Assembly: GCA_964572035.1 (NCBI GenBank)
Contig: CAZNDX010000005.1
Span: forward strand, 1-56,570
Length of the DNA: 56,570 bases
Source of the DNA: an uncultured Methanosarcinales archaeon
GTDB lineage: Archaea; Nanobdellota; Nanobdellia; Woesearchaeales; ARS49
Direction: 5' to 3'
The notes beneath the pieces are model-generated. The model did not search any database. It had not been told where the DNA came from and saw only the letters and a list, made by a program, of their open reading frames with translations. The position numbers were made by a program, and so were the translations under genes. This document shows, one piece after another, positions 26,946 through 35,549 of the stretch; position 1 is the stretch's first letter, and the number at the start of each line of letters is the position of its first letter.

Positions 26946-27790
26946 GTGCTGCCTCCCGGAATTACTACTTTTTGTATCGCGTCGTAAAACACCAGTTCAA
27001 GTCCTGGTAATAGTTCTGGTTGTTGTAGTTGTATGTATATTGCGGGCGCTTCTGTTGACGTTATTTGTTTTGTCGCGTCGTTAAACGCTAGTATTGACGT
27101 TATTGGCACAATTGAATAGCCATCAAATAATATTCTGTTTTCTCTTAGTTTTTTCGAGAAATGGCAGGCTAGATTGTTGGCATATTCTTTGTTGTTTGTG
27201 TAAATTATTAGTTGTGCTGGTCCTTTTTTGATTTCCGCGAATATTAATGGTGTCGGTCCTGTGAGCTGTATTGTTTGTTCTGTTTTCAGTTGCGTTCTGT
27301 CAACAAGATTCGCGTTAATTATAGGTAATTCTTCTTCGCAGATTATGACTGGCTCATTTTTTGGTATGTTGCTTATTTTATCCGTCATCCCAATTTGATT
27401 TTCAACTCTATAGAATAATAATGAAGTTCCCGGCTCGAAATTTCCGTAATTATTCACATATTTGTTATCTTGTGTGTAATAGAATTTGTTTCCTTCTGGC
27501 GCATCTTTTGTATATGCGGTTACTGTGTGTGGCTCGATCTTGAAACCAATGTTTTCAGGCGTCAAATAAATATAATAAAGATTCGCGTCTTTTCGAACTG
27601 AATATATGCTGTCTATCAACAATGCGGCGTCAGCGGCGTAATATTTTTGTTCATATGTCGTGTCCGAGCCTATTTTTGTTGCCGCGTTGAGTATTGTTAG
27701 CCCGACTATTCCTAAAGCTACGATTGTAATGAATAGTGGAGAAGTCATTAAGTCTATGACATTTCCTTTTTTAGCTGAGAGTAATTTCAT
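26942..27790 (-). CDS. Pilin-like protein, class III signal peptide (KKG|NVI)
   Basis: SAKKG followed by a hydrophobic helix and a 240-aa soluble domain. Confidence 0.65.
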   Translation of the reverse strand: MKLLSAKKGNVIDLMTSPLFITIVALGIVGLTILNAATKIGSDTTYEQKYYAADAALLIDSIYSVRKDANLYYIYLTPENIGFKIEPHTVTAYTKDAPEGNKFYYTQDNKYVNNYGNFEPGTSLLFYRVENQIGMTDKISNIPKNEPVIICEEELPIINANLVDRTQLKTEQTIQLTGPTPLIFAEIKKGPAQLIIYTNNKEYANNLACHFSKKLRENRILFDGYSIVPITSILAFNDATKQITSTEAPAIYIQLQQPELLPGLELVFYDAIQKVVIPGGST

Positions 27791-28247
27791 TGCAGTTGCG
27801 CGTTATTGTTACTGATGTTGGCGAGCTTCTTACAAGTGGATATGATTGCGTTACGCATACTGTTCCGCAGGTTGAACCGCAGGTGTTTTTTATTTCTGGG
27901 TATACGTTACAAATTGGTGTGTCTTGTCCTTCTGGCATAATGCATATGCAAGCATTTTTACGGCACTCCGCCGGTGAAGTTTCAGAAGAGTATACTATCA
28001 TGTTCAAATTTGAGTCTCTTTGTACAGGAACTGTGATTGATATTGGAACTCCAGGGTATGGCGCTTCAAGTAGTGCTTTGAATTCTGAATTTATTCTTTC
28101 AAAGTCTTCTATTTCTGGTGTTGTTTCTTTCGCGATAAAAGAGTTAACAAGCATTACGAAAACGGCGAATACCACAACTCCAACAATTACCCCTAAAACA
28201 ACTTTTACCAGCATCTCCATTGAGAACGCCGCTTGCCCCTTTTTCAT
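27771..28247 (-). CDS. Pilin-like protein, class III signal peptide (KKG|QAAFSME), Cys-rich C-terminus
   Basis: +1 Gln, hydrophobic helix, 8 Cys. Own TATA box TTTATAAA at 28270-28277. Confidence 0.8.
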   Translation of the reverse strand: MKKGQAAFSMEMLVKVVLGVIVGVVVFAVFVMLVNSFIAKETTPEIEDFERINSEFKALLEAPYPGVPISITVPVQRDSNLNMIVYSSETSPAECRKNACICIMPEGQDTPICNVYPEIKNTCGSTCGTVCVTQSYPLVRSSPTSVTITRNCNEITLS

Positions 28248-28280
28248 AGAAGAATATAGAGAAAGTTTGTTTATAAAGGT

Positions 28281-28580
28281 TTATGCCGTTTCACAGCATA
28301 TCTGCCCTGAGCCGCAGTCCTGCCATTTCCCTTGTGTAGAGAATACTTCCCTTCCATTAGCTTTTGCACATTGGTCAACTGTCGCGCAACTTCTGCCCAA
28401 TATCAAATTGGCGCATTTTGTTGGGTTTAGGTCTGTTTGATTTGCTATGCCTGTGTATCCTTGCGCTCCTTTTGTTACTTGTTGTCTTACAACCAATATT
28501 AGAATTATTAGCACCGCAAGTCCTAATACGACCATTACGACCGTTCCTATGGCAAATTCAGCTCCTTTTTTGTTTTTCAT
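28281..28580 (-). CDS. Short pilin-like protein (KKG|AEF), C-terminal GQICC
   Basis: Class III leader, hydrophobic helix, 6 Cys. Own TATA-like box at ~28604-28611. Confidence 0.8.
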   Translation of the reverse strand: MKNKKGAEFAIGTVVMVVLGLAVLIILILVVRQQVTKGAQGYTGIANQTDLNPTKCANLILGRSCATVDQCAKANGREVFSTQGKWQDCGSGQICCETA

Positions 28581-28613
28581 TGTTTTGAGTTATTTCTTTT
28601 GATTATTTAAAGT

Positions 28614-29240
28614 TTACTCGCAATCAAAAGGTAAGTTGCGAGCCATGTACAAATCATCTGTATCATCCAAAGTTCCCGTGTCACGTCCGCTGTCCAAGTC
28701 TGCGCAGATGAGATAAGTAATTCCGACATCTACAGTTCCGCTCTCTGTTGGGTCCTCATCGTACAAATCTTCCCATCCTGATTTAAGTCCAGCAATCACC
28801 AAATCTCTGTATGATTGAGCGTATCCTATGCTATTTTCTGGATTTTCCTTAATGATATTAACTACCTCTTTTATTGGAATATCGGTGCTTGAATCAGATA
28901 ATGAGGTTACTTCTATTTTTTCGCATTCAAAGTTTTCCGCTCCTTTTTCATTGTTTTGCGCTCTCATTCTGCTGTAACAACTTACAAGTTTTCTAGCTAT
29001 TGATAATTTAACAGAATCCGGTGTTCCTGATAATTCGTTTACAGGCAATTCGAGTTTTCCGGTACCAGCAGGAGTGCCTGTTGTGTATGTCGTGTCCGGT
29101 TTTACTGGTTTAAATGGTCCAACTTCAAATTGTTTAGTTACATAATCTTTCAGTGGAACTCCAAACACCAGTAGAACTATTATTATGAATATTATTCCAA
29201 GCGCGATTGCGAGCATTGGTGTGCTTATTCCTTTTTTCAT
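28614..29240 (-). CDS. Pilin-like protein, class III signal peptide (KKG|IST)
   Basis: Class III leader. IARKLVSCY resembles the IA..M/L.SC segment of the two upstream paralogs. Confidence 0.72.
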   Translation of the reverse strand: MKKGISTPMLAIALGIIFIIIVLLVFGVPLKDYVTKQFEVGPFKPVKPDTTYTTGTPAGTGKLELPVNELSGTPDSVKLSIARKLVSCYSRMRAQNNEKGAENFECEKIEVTSLSDSSTDIPIKEVVNIIKENPENSIGYAQSYRDLVIAGLKSGWEDLYDEDPTESGTVDVGITYLICADLDSGRDTGTLDDTDDLYMARNLPFDCE

Positions 29241-30212
29241 TTAGTCACCTATTATTGTGTGGCATTTTACTGGGACTCTCCACAAATAATTTGTGCCAAC
29301 TGTGAATAAAACAAATGGTGCGCCTATTGGTCCAAAAGCCAAAGAGCCCAATATTGCCTCGGCGTCTGTATTCGTGTACGAACCTATATAGTCTGCATAT
29401 CCGTATTGACTATTCATGTTTTCTTGTGTAGCTAGAAAATTTTTTGCGACAACTGATTCGCCAAGTTTGCTGGTTAGTTTAGAGTAGGGTGCTAAAAGAA
29501 CTGAGCCTTGCCCATTTGTATCTGCTACGAACATAACTGTAAGTGGGTCTTTTGTGGTTACGTAAGATCTGTACAAGTTTGTTTTCGCAAAATCGTCTTT
29601 GTCATCTTTTCGTAAATAATCATAAAACGTTCTTTCCTGAACAACATTTTGTTCAAGCCATGGTTTGATTGGAAAGCTTGGAATTGTTGATACATAATCG
29701 TCAAACGAGTATCTGTTGCATAATATGCATAAGTAGTCTTCGCCAAGTGTTCCTAGCGCTCCTCCGACAGCGCCTTTAACCCCAGATACAGAACCTAAGT
29801 CAAGCTGTCCTCTCCATCCTCGGTCATAGCAGCTTTTCATATCATTGGCAATCATATTCGCCAAAGCCCATTTATCTTTTCCTTCTTGTGTGTCTGTGAA
29901 TTCTTTTGCCGCGTCAGAATTTGGCGGGTATTTTGATATCGCTTGTGATGCTAAAGCAGTGTACCTTGCCAAATCATTTTGCGTTATTGTCTTTCTTGTT
30001 GTTTTGCATTCCACTGGCATTTCCTTGCCGAATCCAAACGTTACTGATTCTGCGGTTTTGCTGAGCAATAAGTTGAATTGGCATTGTGATTGTTCTCCTG
30101 AAGAGTACAATATCTCAATTAATTGTGGCATTACCGTAATTAACAGAATAACCAAAGTCGCGACTACCGCGATTACTCCTACTAGTATTCCTGGTGTTAA
30201 TCCCTTTTTCAT
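29241..30212 (-). CDS. Large pilin-like protein (KKG|LTP), paralog of 30340-31227
   Basis: Class III leader, KWALANMIANDMKSCYDRGWRGQLDL, and PWLEQNVVQERTFYDYL. Confidence 0.75.
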   Translation of the reverse strand: MKKGLTPGILVGVIAVVATLVILLITVMPQLIEILYSSGEQSQCQFNLLLSKTAESVTFGFGKEMPVECKTTRKTITQNDLARYTALASQAISKYPPNSDAAKEFTDTQEGKDKWALANMIANDMKSCYDRGWRGQLDLGSVSGVKGAVGGALGTLGEDYLCILCNRYSFDDYVSTIPSFPIKPWLEQNVVQERTFYDYLRKDDKDDFAKTNLYRSYVTTKDPLTVMFVADTNGQGSVLLAPYSKLTSKLGESVVAKNFLATQENMNSQYGYADYIGSYTNTDAEAILGSLAFGPIGAPFVLFTVGTNYLWRVPVKCHTIIGD

Positions 30213-30343
30213 CCGAATGGTAGTAGTTGTTCAGCACCTGTTCTTCCTGACTTGACTGCTAGCCAAATCAGAAATATAAGGGCGAATAGTCCTAATATTA
30301 GCGCTACAATGTACGCCCATCCCGGCAGTTCTTGTGCTTTCAT
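30209..30343 (-). CDS. Micro-pilin, 44 aa, not in the ORF track (MKA|QELPGWAYIVALILGLFALIFLIWLAVKSGRTGAEQLLPFG)
   Basis: ATGA overlaps at both ends, class III leader with +1 Gln, and one hydrophobic helix. Confidence 0.8.
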   Translation of the reverse strand: MKAQELPGWAYIVALILGLFALIFLIWLAVKSGRTGAEQLLPFG

Positions 30344-31227
30344 ACTTCACCTATGATTTTTCCGCAGATCTTTCCTGTTTCTGGTCTTTCTGTTATTAAT
30401 TCTTTTAATGGTTGCGCTGTTGCGAACGCGCCTCCGTCTTTGAATATTACGAGCATTACTGATGTTGGTTGGTTTGTGTCAACGTACGGTGAGCTGACGA
30501 AAACTCTGGTGCTAATTGATTTTATCAAAGTGTCGTCAACGTTCGGAATTCGTAGGAACGCGCTGAGCGTCGCTTTTGGTCCGTATATTTTTACTGATTG
30601 CCAAAAGTCAACATCAAACAACGCGGAAGAAAGATAATCGTAATATGTTCTTCCCCCAATAATATTGTTTTCAAGCCAAGGATACAATTCCATTTGTATG
30701 TTCATGTTTTTTACATCTTCAGTGTATTCTATTCTTGAACAGTATAGACAGAGGGCTCCGGATGGAGGATAAAAATCAAGAAGACCTGTTTGTTCCAAAT
30801 CCAGTTGTCCTTCCCATCCTTTTTTATTGCACGAAACCAGTTCGTCCGCGACTATTTTGCTTAGCGCCCATTTTCTTTGCCCTAATGCATCATTTTGATA
30901 TTCCGTAATTAATGGCGAGTTTTGTTGCAAATAAAGTTTAGTTGATTGTTCCGCAAGAGGCATTAATCTGTTTATTGCGTTTTCATCAACTTTTACTTTT
31001 TTAACTTCACAATTTACCGGAACATCTCCGTATCCGAATGATACCTTTTTTACAAGAGAGCGCAATAATAATTCTGAACTGCACTCCGCTGACCCTTCCG
31101 CGCCCCCTTCAGTTGCTCCTCTCCATTGTGGATACAATATTATGAGAAATATCACCGCGGTTGCCAGTAAGGATATCATTATCACCAGCGCTTCCGGCCC
31201 CATCCCCTTTTTGGAGGTTCTTTTCAC
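30340..31227 (-). CDS. Large pilin-like protein (KKG|MGPE), paralog of 29241-30212
   Basis: GTG start overlapping the upstream TGA, KWALSKIVADELVSCNKKGWEGQLDL, and PWLENNIIGGRTYYDYL. Confidence 0.75.
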   Translation of the reverse strand: MKRTSKKGMGPEALVIMISLLATAVIFLIILYPQWRGATEGGAEGSAECSSELLLRSLVKKVSFGYGDVPVNCEVKKVKVDENAINRLMPLAEQSTKLYLQQNSPLITEYQNDALGQRKWALSKIVADELVSCNKKGWEGQLDLEQTGLLDFYPPSGALCLYCSRIEYTEDVKNMNIQMELYPWLENNIIGGRTYYDYLSSALFDVDFWQSVKIYGPKATLSAFLRIPNVDDTLIKSISTRVFVSSPYVDTNQPTSVMLVIFKDGGAFATAQPLKELITERPETGKICGKIIGEV

Positions 31228-31337
31228 GGTAGCACCTTTGTGTTAAGAATGTACAAAACCGTAATGAATATCACAAGGCATAGAACAAGAACTATAGCGT
31301 ATTCCATAAAATGGCTTTCCGCTTCACCTTTTTTCAT
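31224..31337 (-). CDS. Micro-pilin, 37 aa, not in the ORF track (MKKG|EAESHFMEYAIVLVLCLVIFITVLYILNTKVLP)
   Basis: Class III leader plus hydrophobic helix. GTGA overlap with the next gene. TTTTTAAT box ~22 nt upstream. Confidence 0.78.
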   Translation of the reverse strand: MKKGEAESHFMEYAIVLVLCLVIFITVLYILNTKVLP

Positions 31338-31369
31338 AATAAATAAGAAAGAAAACGTGTATTAAAAAG

Positions 31370-31627
31370 TTATGCCCTTCTGCAACAGATTTGCCCGGCT
31401 CCTACGTCTTTGAAACTACCGTACAAGACATCGCAGTCTGTTCCTATTGGTTTAATTTCGTTTTCTGGCGCGCAGGTTCCTTCGCTGACGTTTCTGAGCC
31501 CCGCTCCAAATAGGTTGGTTCTTTGTTGCACCATAACGATTAGTATTATCAAAACAATAAGCCCTAGGGCGATAATAATTATGGTGTTAATCTGGAGCCC
31601 TTGTCCTTTTATGTTGTTATGCAGCAT
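31370..31627 (-). CDS. Short pilin-like protein (IKG|QGLQINTII), C-terminal GQICC
   Basis: +1 Gln and hydrophobic helix. Start set to ATG 31627 after GGAG; exact start uncertain. Confidence 0.8.
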   Translation of the reverse strand: MLHNNIKGQGLQINTIIIIALGLIVLIILIVMVQQRTNLFGAGLRNVSEGTCAPENEIKPIGTDCDVLYGSFKDVGAGQICCRRA

Positions 31628-31911
31628 TGGTCGCATCTCCATGCGGATGGGTCGGCTCCTGTTGGCATGTTTTGTGGTATGTATCCTCTGCCTAGGTTGC
31701 GCTCAAATTCTGGATTGCACGTATTCGCGCTGTAGTATCCTTCTCCGCCTGTTGGAACGTCTGCTTTGTAGCATCTTCCTGGGCAGGCGTTTGCTGCCGT
31801 GCTAAACTTGCCTATTTGTCCTGAGAATATCGCTGCGAGTACTACTAATACTAGTATTCCTAGCGCGGCGATGATAATTGTGCTGATTGGTAATCCTTGT
31901 GCTCGTTTCAT
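31609..31911 (-). CDS. Short pilin-like protein (KRA|QGLPISTII), C-terminal CDQCC
   Basis: +1 Gln, hydrophobic helix, 6 Cys. SD GAGGTG and TTTAAATA box at ~31951-31958. Confidence 0.82.
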   Translation of the reverse strand: MKRAQGLPISTIIIAALGILVLVVLAAIFSGQIGKFSTAANACPGRCYKADVPTGGEGYYSANTCNPEFERNLGRGYIPQNMPTGADPSAWRCDQCCITT

Positions 31912-31960
31912 ATATGCACCTCTCTAATAAGGACAAGTTGGCTTTAGTGCTATTTAAAGG

Positions 31961-32422
31961 TTACTTGCTGAATGAGACAGGTATACTTTCTCTCAAAAAA
32001 GCCTCGCGTTTAAGCTCGTCAAGAGTGTAGTGTATGTCTTTTTTGGTTATTTTAAACTGATTCTCAAGTTTATCTATAAAGTCTTCAAGGGAGTGCATAT
32101 CTGAAAATATGCACTCCGCGAGAAGATTCCAGCCGTTGTTTATGCGAAATAGGCTGTTTACGTGGGGGTGGTGTTCTAGGTGGGAGAATAGTTTCGCTCT
32201 ATCGTCTTGTTCCACGGCAAGTAGCACATGAGCTCTTGCTATTTGTCCTAATTGGCCAAATGACAGTAGAGCGATTGGTTTTATGAGTTCATTTTTGATG
32301 TGTTTTTTTATTCGCTCGTGGAGTGTGCTGATTGGCAGCCCTATTTTCCTTGATAGTTCGGTTAATGGCATTCTGCCGTTTTGTCTTAAGTAGGATAAAA
32401 TTGTTATGTCCGTTTTTTTCAT
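31961..32422 (-). CDS. Lrp/AsnC family transcriptional regulator
   Basis: DITILSYLRQNGRMPLTELSRKIGLPISTLHERIKK wHTH plus RAM-like C-domain. SD GGAGGA. Confidence 0.93.
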   Translation of the reverse strand: MKKTDITILSYLRQNGRMPLTELSRKIGLPISTLHERIKKHIKNELIKPIALLSFGQLGQIARAHVLLAVEQDDRAKLFSHLEHHPHVNSLFRINNGWNLLAECIFSDMHSLEDFIDKLENQFKITKKDIHYTLDELKREAFLRESIPVSFSK

Positions 32423-32486
32423 GGTGCTCCTCCGCGTTTTTCAGCGCTGAGTGTAAGAATTCCAATTGTTTGCTTAGTTTTTGTTC

Positions 32487-34103
32487 TTAAGAAGTATAAG
32501 GTTTCTTCAAAAACTCTTTGAAATTTTTAACATATCCCGTTAGCCTTTCTAGACTTCCTTTAGACTCGCTTGAAGAAAATTCTCGTTTCAACTGCCAAAT
32601 GTTTAAAATAATCCTATCGAGTGCGTCTTCTCTTCGGGCAGCATATTTTTGTCGGCCTGGATCAGACCAAGCACTTACCAAACAAAACAAACGATGAATT
32701 AGCGAACTTTTATAGCGAGGCCAAAGATTTTCAGAGTTTATTTCAACTCCTACTTCTTTTGACTTTGTAATGTAATGTGAGATATATTCCTTTATTTTTT
32801 TATCATCAAAAAAGGTTTCATAGTCTAATAAATTCGCCAAATCAAATGTGAACGGCACTAGGTGAGTTGCCTCAAAATCTATGGCAGTTACTTTATCAGA
32901 AATAATCCAATTCTCAGGATGCGCATCCTTATTATAAACCCAATAATCGACCGAATTAATCAAATCTGCAACAAGAGAATAGTTGTCAAGAATTCCTTGA
33001 GCTATTTTCAAAGGCAGATCAAGATTTTTATTTTTCAGCTTCGACTCTAAGTTCTCAACAATTGATAGTTTTGGAAGGTCTTTGGAAATTTTAGAATGTA
33101 GTTCTGCAAGGGAAAGTAAAACTCTTTCAACAACAACATCGCAATTCAAACGTTCAGGCCATGAATTTCGTTTTTTTAACAACTGAAACGGATTATTCAA
33201 ATAATCATTTAAAGTTTCACCAGAGCAAAACTTCATTACCAAAACGTACCTTTCATTCAAAGGCTTTTCGGATAAATAAAGAATTTGAGGTAGTTCGGCA
33301 AATTTCAATTTACTTGTCAGAAATTGTATTGTTTCCTTTTCTCTTTCAAGTTGCTTTCTATCCGCACTCTCCTTGAAAAATAAAGTTTGCTCGAAAAACT
33401 TATTATCTTCTATTTTTCTTACAACATTTCTAGTTTCTCCTATTCTTTGCCAGCTTTCTTTTTGTTGGAGAATAACTAAAGCTTTCATCCACGCTTCTTC
33501 ACTATTTTGTTTTGTTGCATCCAATAACAAGGATTCAAGAACTGATTTTTCAGACATAAAACTTTTTTCATCCGATTTTTGACTCTCAAAATACAAATTC
33601 ATTAGCGGATTTCTAAAAAAAAGTTTTTCAAACAACAATAAAGGTGCTAATTTTATTTTAAAAAAAATAGAAGAATGATCTCCATATTGCTTCGAAAATT
33701 CCATTCCATCCCTTATTACTTCGAAACACTCATCAGATTTTCCTCTAGCCGCATATCCCAAAGCGGATAAATATAGAAAGAAAGGACTCTTTGATTTATT
33801 TCCTATTTTTCTAGTTAAATTAGGAAAAGGAGTGAAGAAATAGGCCAAAAATGGCGTTTTTTGTGTTTTTGAGGTTTCAATTTTGGCCTCTTCTAATTCA
33901 TTCTCTGAATTTATCACAACTGTTTTGTCAATCAAACTTTCCAAATCAGAATCATCATTAAGTTGAGTAGAGGATAAAAATAAATCACCTATTGTGCTCC
34001 TATCGGGCTGTAATTTGTACTGTGCCCTGAACACGTTCTTAAAAAAATGCTTAGTAAATGAAAAGAGCTTGCGTTTTTGTGATTCTTGAATTTCTTCCCC
34101 CAT
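32487..34103 (-). CDS. APH/choline-kinase-like phosphotransferase with an uncharacterised N-terminal half
   Basis: FFKE (Lys), LEREKE (alphaC Glu), LVMKFCSGETL hinge, NKDAHPENW catalytic loop, IDFE and FDLANLL. Low GC. Start moved to MGEEI (34103). Confidence 0.8.
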   Translation of the reverse strand: MGEEIQESQKRKLFSFTKHFFKNVFRAQYKLQPDRSTIGDLFLSSTQLNDDSDLESLIDKTVVINSENELEEAKIETSKTQKTPFLAYFFTPFPNLTRKIGNKSKSPFFLYLSALGYAARGKSDECFEVIRDGMEFSKQYGDHSSIFFKIKLAPLLLFEKLFFRNPLMNLYFESQKSDEKSFMSEKSVLESLLLDATKQNSEEAWMKALVILQQKESWQRIGETRNVVRKIEDNKFFEQTLFFKESADRKQLEREKETIQFLTSKLKFAELPQILYLSEKPLNERYVLVMKFCSGETLNDYLNNPFQLLKKRNSWPERLNCDVVVERVLLSLAELHSKISKDLPKLSIVENLESKLKNKNLDLPLKIAQGILDNYSLVADLINSVDYWVYNKDAHPENWIISDKVTAIDFEATHLVPFTFDLANLLDYETFFDDKKIKEYISHYITKSKEVGVEINSENLWPRYKSSLIHRLFCLVSAWSDPGRQKYAARREDALDRIILNIWQLKREFSSSESKGSLERLTGYVKNFKEFLKKPYTS

Positions 34104-34126
34104 CTTACTACTGCTCAGCAACAACA

Positions 34127-34134
34127 TTTATATA
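34127..34134. promoter_or_regulatory. Bidirectional TATA box between the kinase and PhoU genes
   Basis: TTTATATA lies 23 nt from ATG 34103 (minus) and 24 nt from ATG 34159 (plus). Confidence 0.65.
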
Positions 34135-34158
34135 TTAAAATATCGATTTTCGTCTATT

Positions 34159-35061
34159 ATGAAGCGTAAAGTCATTCAGTTGGCGGGGAAAACGTATGTT
34201 GTAACTCTGCCGACCGAGTGGGTTAAGGAGTGGGGCATTAAAAAAGGTGAAGAGGTCGACGTTAAGGAAGCCGGTCCAAGGCTCATCGTCAGCACTGGCC
34301 AAACTCGTGATTTAAACCGCGGCGAAGTTGATGTCAACGGTTCTTCCGAGCGTTCTTTGCGCTGGATTCTTTCTTCTTTGCACAAAAAAGGTTACGATGA
34401 GTTTGAATTGAAAACTGAAAATCCAGAACACTCAAAAATTGTTGAGGAATTGTTGAAAGATTTGTTTCTTGGTTTTGCAATAGTCAACAAAACTTCTAAA
34501 TCAATGACTGTGCGCGCAGTATCTAGAGAGCTTGATGAACAGTTATCCGCCGTTACTAGACGCGCCTTTCTAGTTACTGTTCAAATGGCTGATGATTTGG
34601 CGAGAATCGCGAAAAGTAAAGGTTTCAATGAGCTTGAGAATGTTATCGCTCAGGAAAAAACCAACAATCAATTAACCAACTTTGTTCAAAGAATCATCAA
34701 TAAGAAAGGTCTTGACGAACCTGTCAAGAACACTTTTTTGTACGCGATTATGTGGAATTTGGAGAAAGTCGCTGACCAATTCAAGTATGTTGGAGAGCAT
34801 ATGAAGTCAAAGAAAGATGTTGACAAAAATTCTCAAGTTTTGATTGAGCGTTCCGCGAAGTTGTTGAGAGAATATTATGAGTTGTTTTACAACTTCAATG
34901 TTAAGGAATTGAGCCGTTTGTCCGATGAGTTTAAAATTTTAAGAAAAGATGTTGAATCCGAGTTAGAAAAATCAAAAAATCCTGTTTTGTTAAGTCATCT
35001 TCACGCCGCGGTTCTAAAAATAGCTGACTTCTCTTCATCAACATTCGCCCTTAACGATTAA
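34159..35061 (+). CDS. Archaeal phosphate uptake regulator (AbrB/MazE N-domain plus PhoU-like domains)
   Basis: RKVIQLAGKTYVVTLPTEWVKEWGIKKGEEV (AbrB) and helical PhoU-like repeat ending NLEKVAD. Confidence 0.85.
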   Translation: MKRKVIQLAGKTYVVTLPTEWVKEWGIKKGEEVDVKEAGPRLIVSTGQTRDLNRGEVDVNGSSERSLRWILSSLHKKGYDEFELKTENPEHSKIVEELLKDLFLGFAIVNKTSKSMTVRAVSRELDEQLSAVTRRAFLVTVQMADDLARIAKSKGFNELENVIAQEKTNNQLTNFVQRIINKKGLDEPVKNTFLYAIMWNLEKVADQFKYVGEHMKSKKDVDKNSQVLIERSAKLLREYYELFYNFNVKELSRLSDEFKILRKDVESELEKSKNPVLLSHLHAAVLKIADFSSSTFALND

Positions 35062-35549
35062 CAAAGGTCAAGCGTCAGTGTCGCGGTTCTTGCTGTTTTG
35101 ACTATTTTCCACGTGCCCCGTTCTCTTTCGCCTGTGCATTGCCCGTTTGAGGCATTCAAAGTTCTTAGCACGTCATTGTCCGGTATGCTGAATTCGTATG
35201 TGTATCCCCAGTTTCCGAATGTTTGAGAGAGTGTTGTTGAAATTATGTTTTTCGCTTTTGTGCACGTGTTCGTTCCGTCAAAGCAGTTGTTAGCGCCGAC
35301 GTATTGTCCGCCAGTGTAGCTTGAGTCCATGCAGTTTTCAAGCAGTTGGCGGACGCTTTGCTTTCCGCATTCCGTTACTGTTGTTCCTGATAATGTGCTG
35401 AGGTATGTTCTTGCTTGTATGCTTTCTTTGGTGCTTATGGTTGGTTGTTGTTTTGTTAGTATGACCACGGCAAACAATAAGCCCAGCGCTAGAAGTATGA
35501 CAATAATAACCAATCCAAAAATCTCCATCTGCCCTTTACGCATAAACAT
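35058..35549 (-). CDS. Pilin-like protein (RKG|QMEIFGL)
   Basis: Class III leader, +1 Gln, hydrophobic helix, 6 Cys. Confidence 0.82.
   Translation of the reverse strand: MFMRKGQMEIFGLVIIVILLALGLLFAVVILTKQQPTISTKESIQARTYLSTLSGTTVTECGKQSVRQLLENCMDSSYTGGQYVGANNCFDGTNTCTKAKNIISTTLSQTFGNWGYTYEFSIPDNDVLRTLNASNGQCTGERERGTWKIVKTARTATLTLDLC

Noticed and set aside
25275-31911. Archaellum (flagellin) operon
   Set aside because: No archaellin-type N-terminus (G|xxGIGTLIVFIAMVLVAAVAA) and no ArlH/I/J.
32487-34103. Antibiotic-resistance aminoglycoside phosphotransferase
   Set aside because: The motifs only place it in the broad APH/ChoK kinase-like superfamily. It is about twice APH length and the substrate is unknown.
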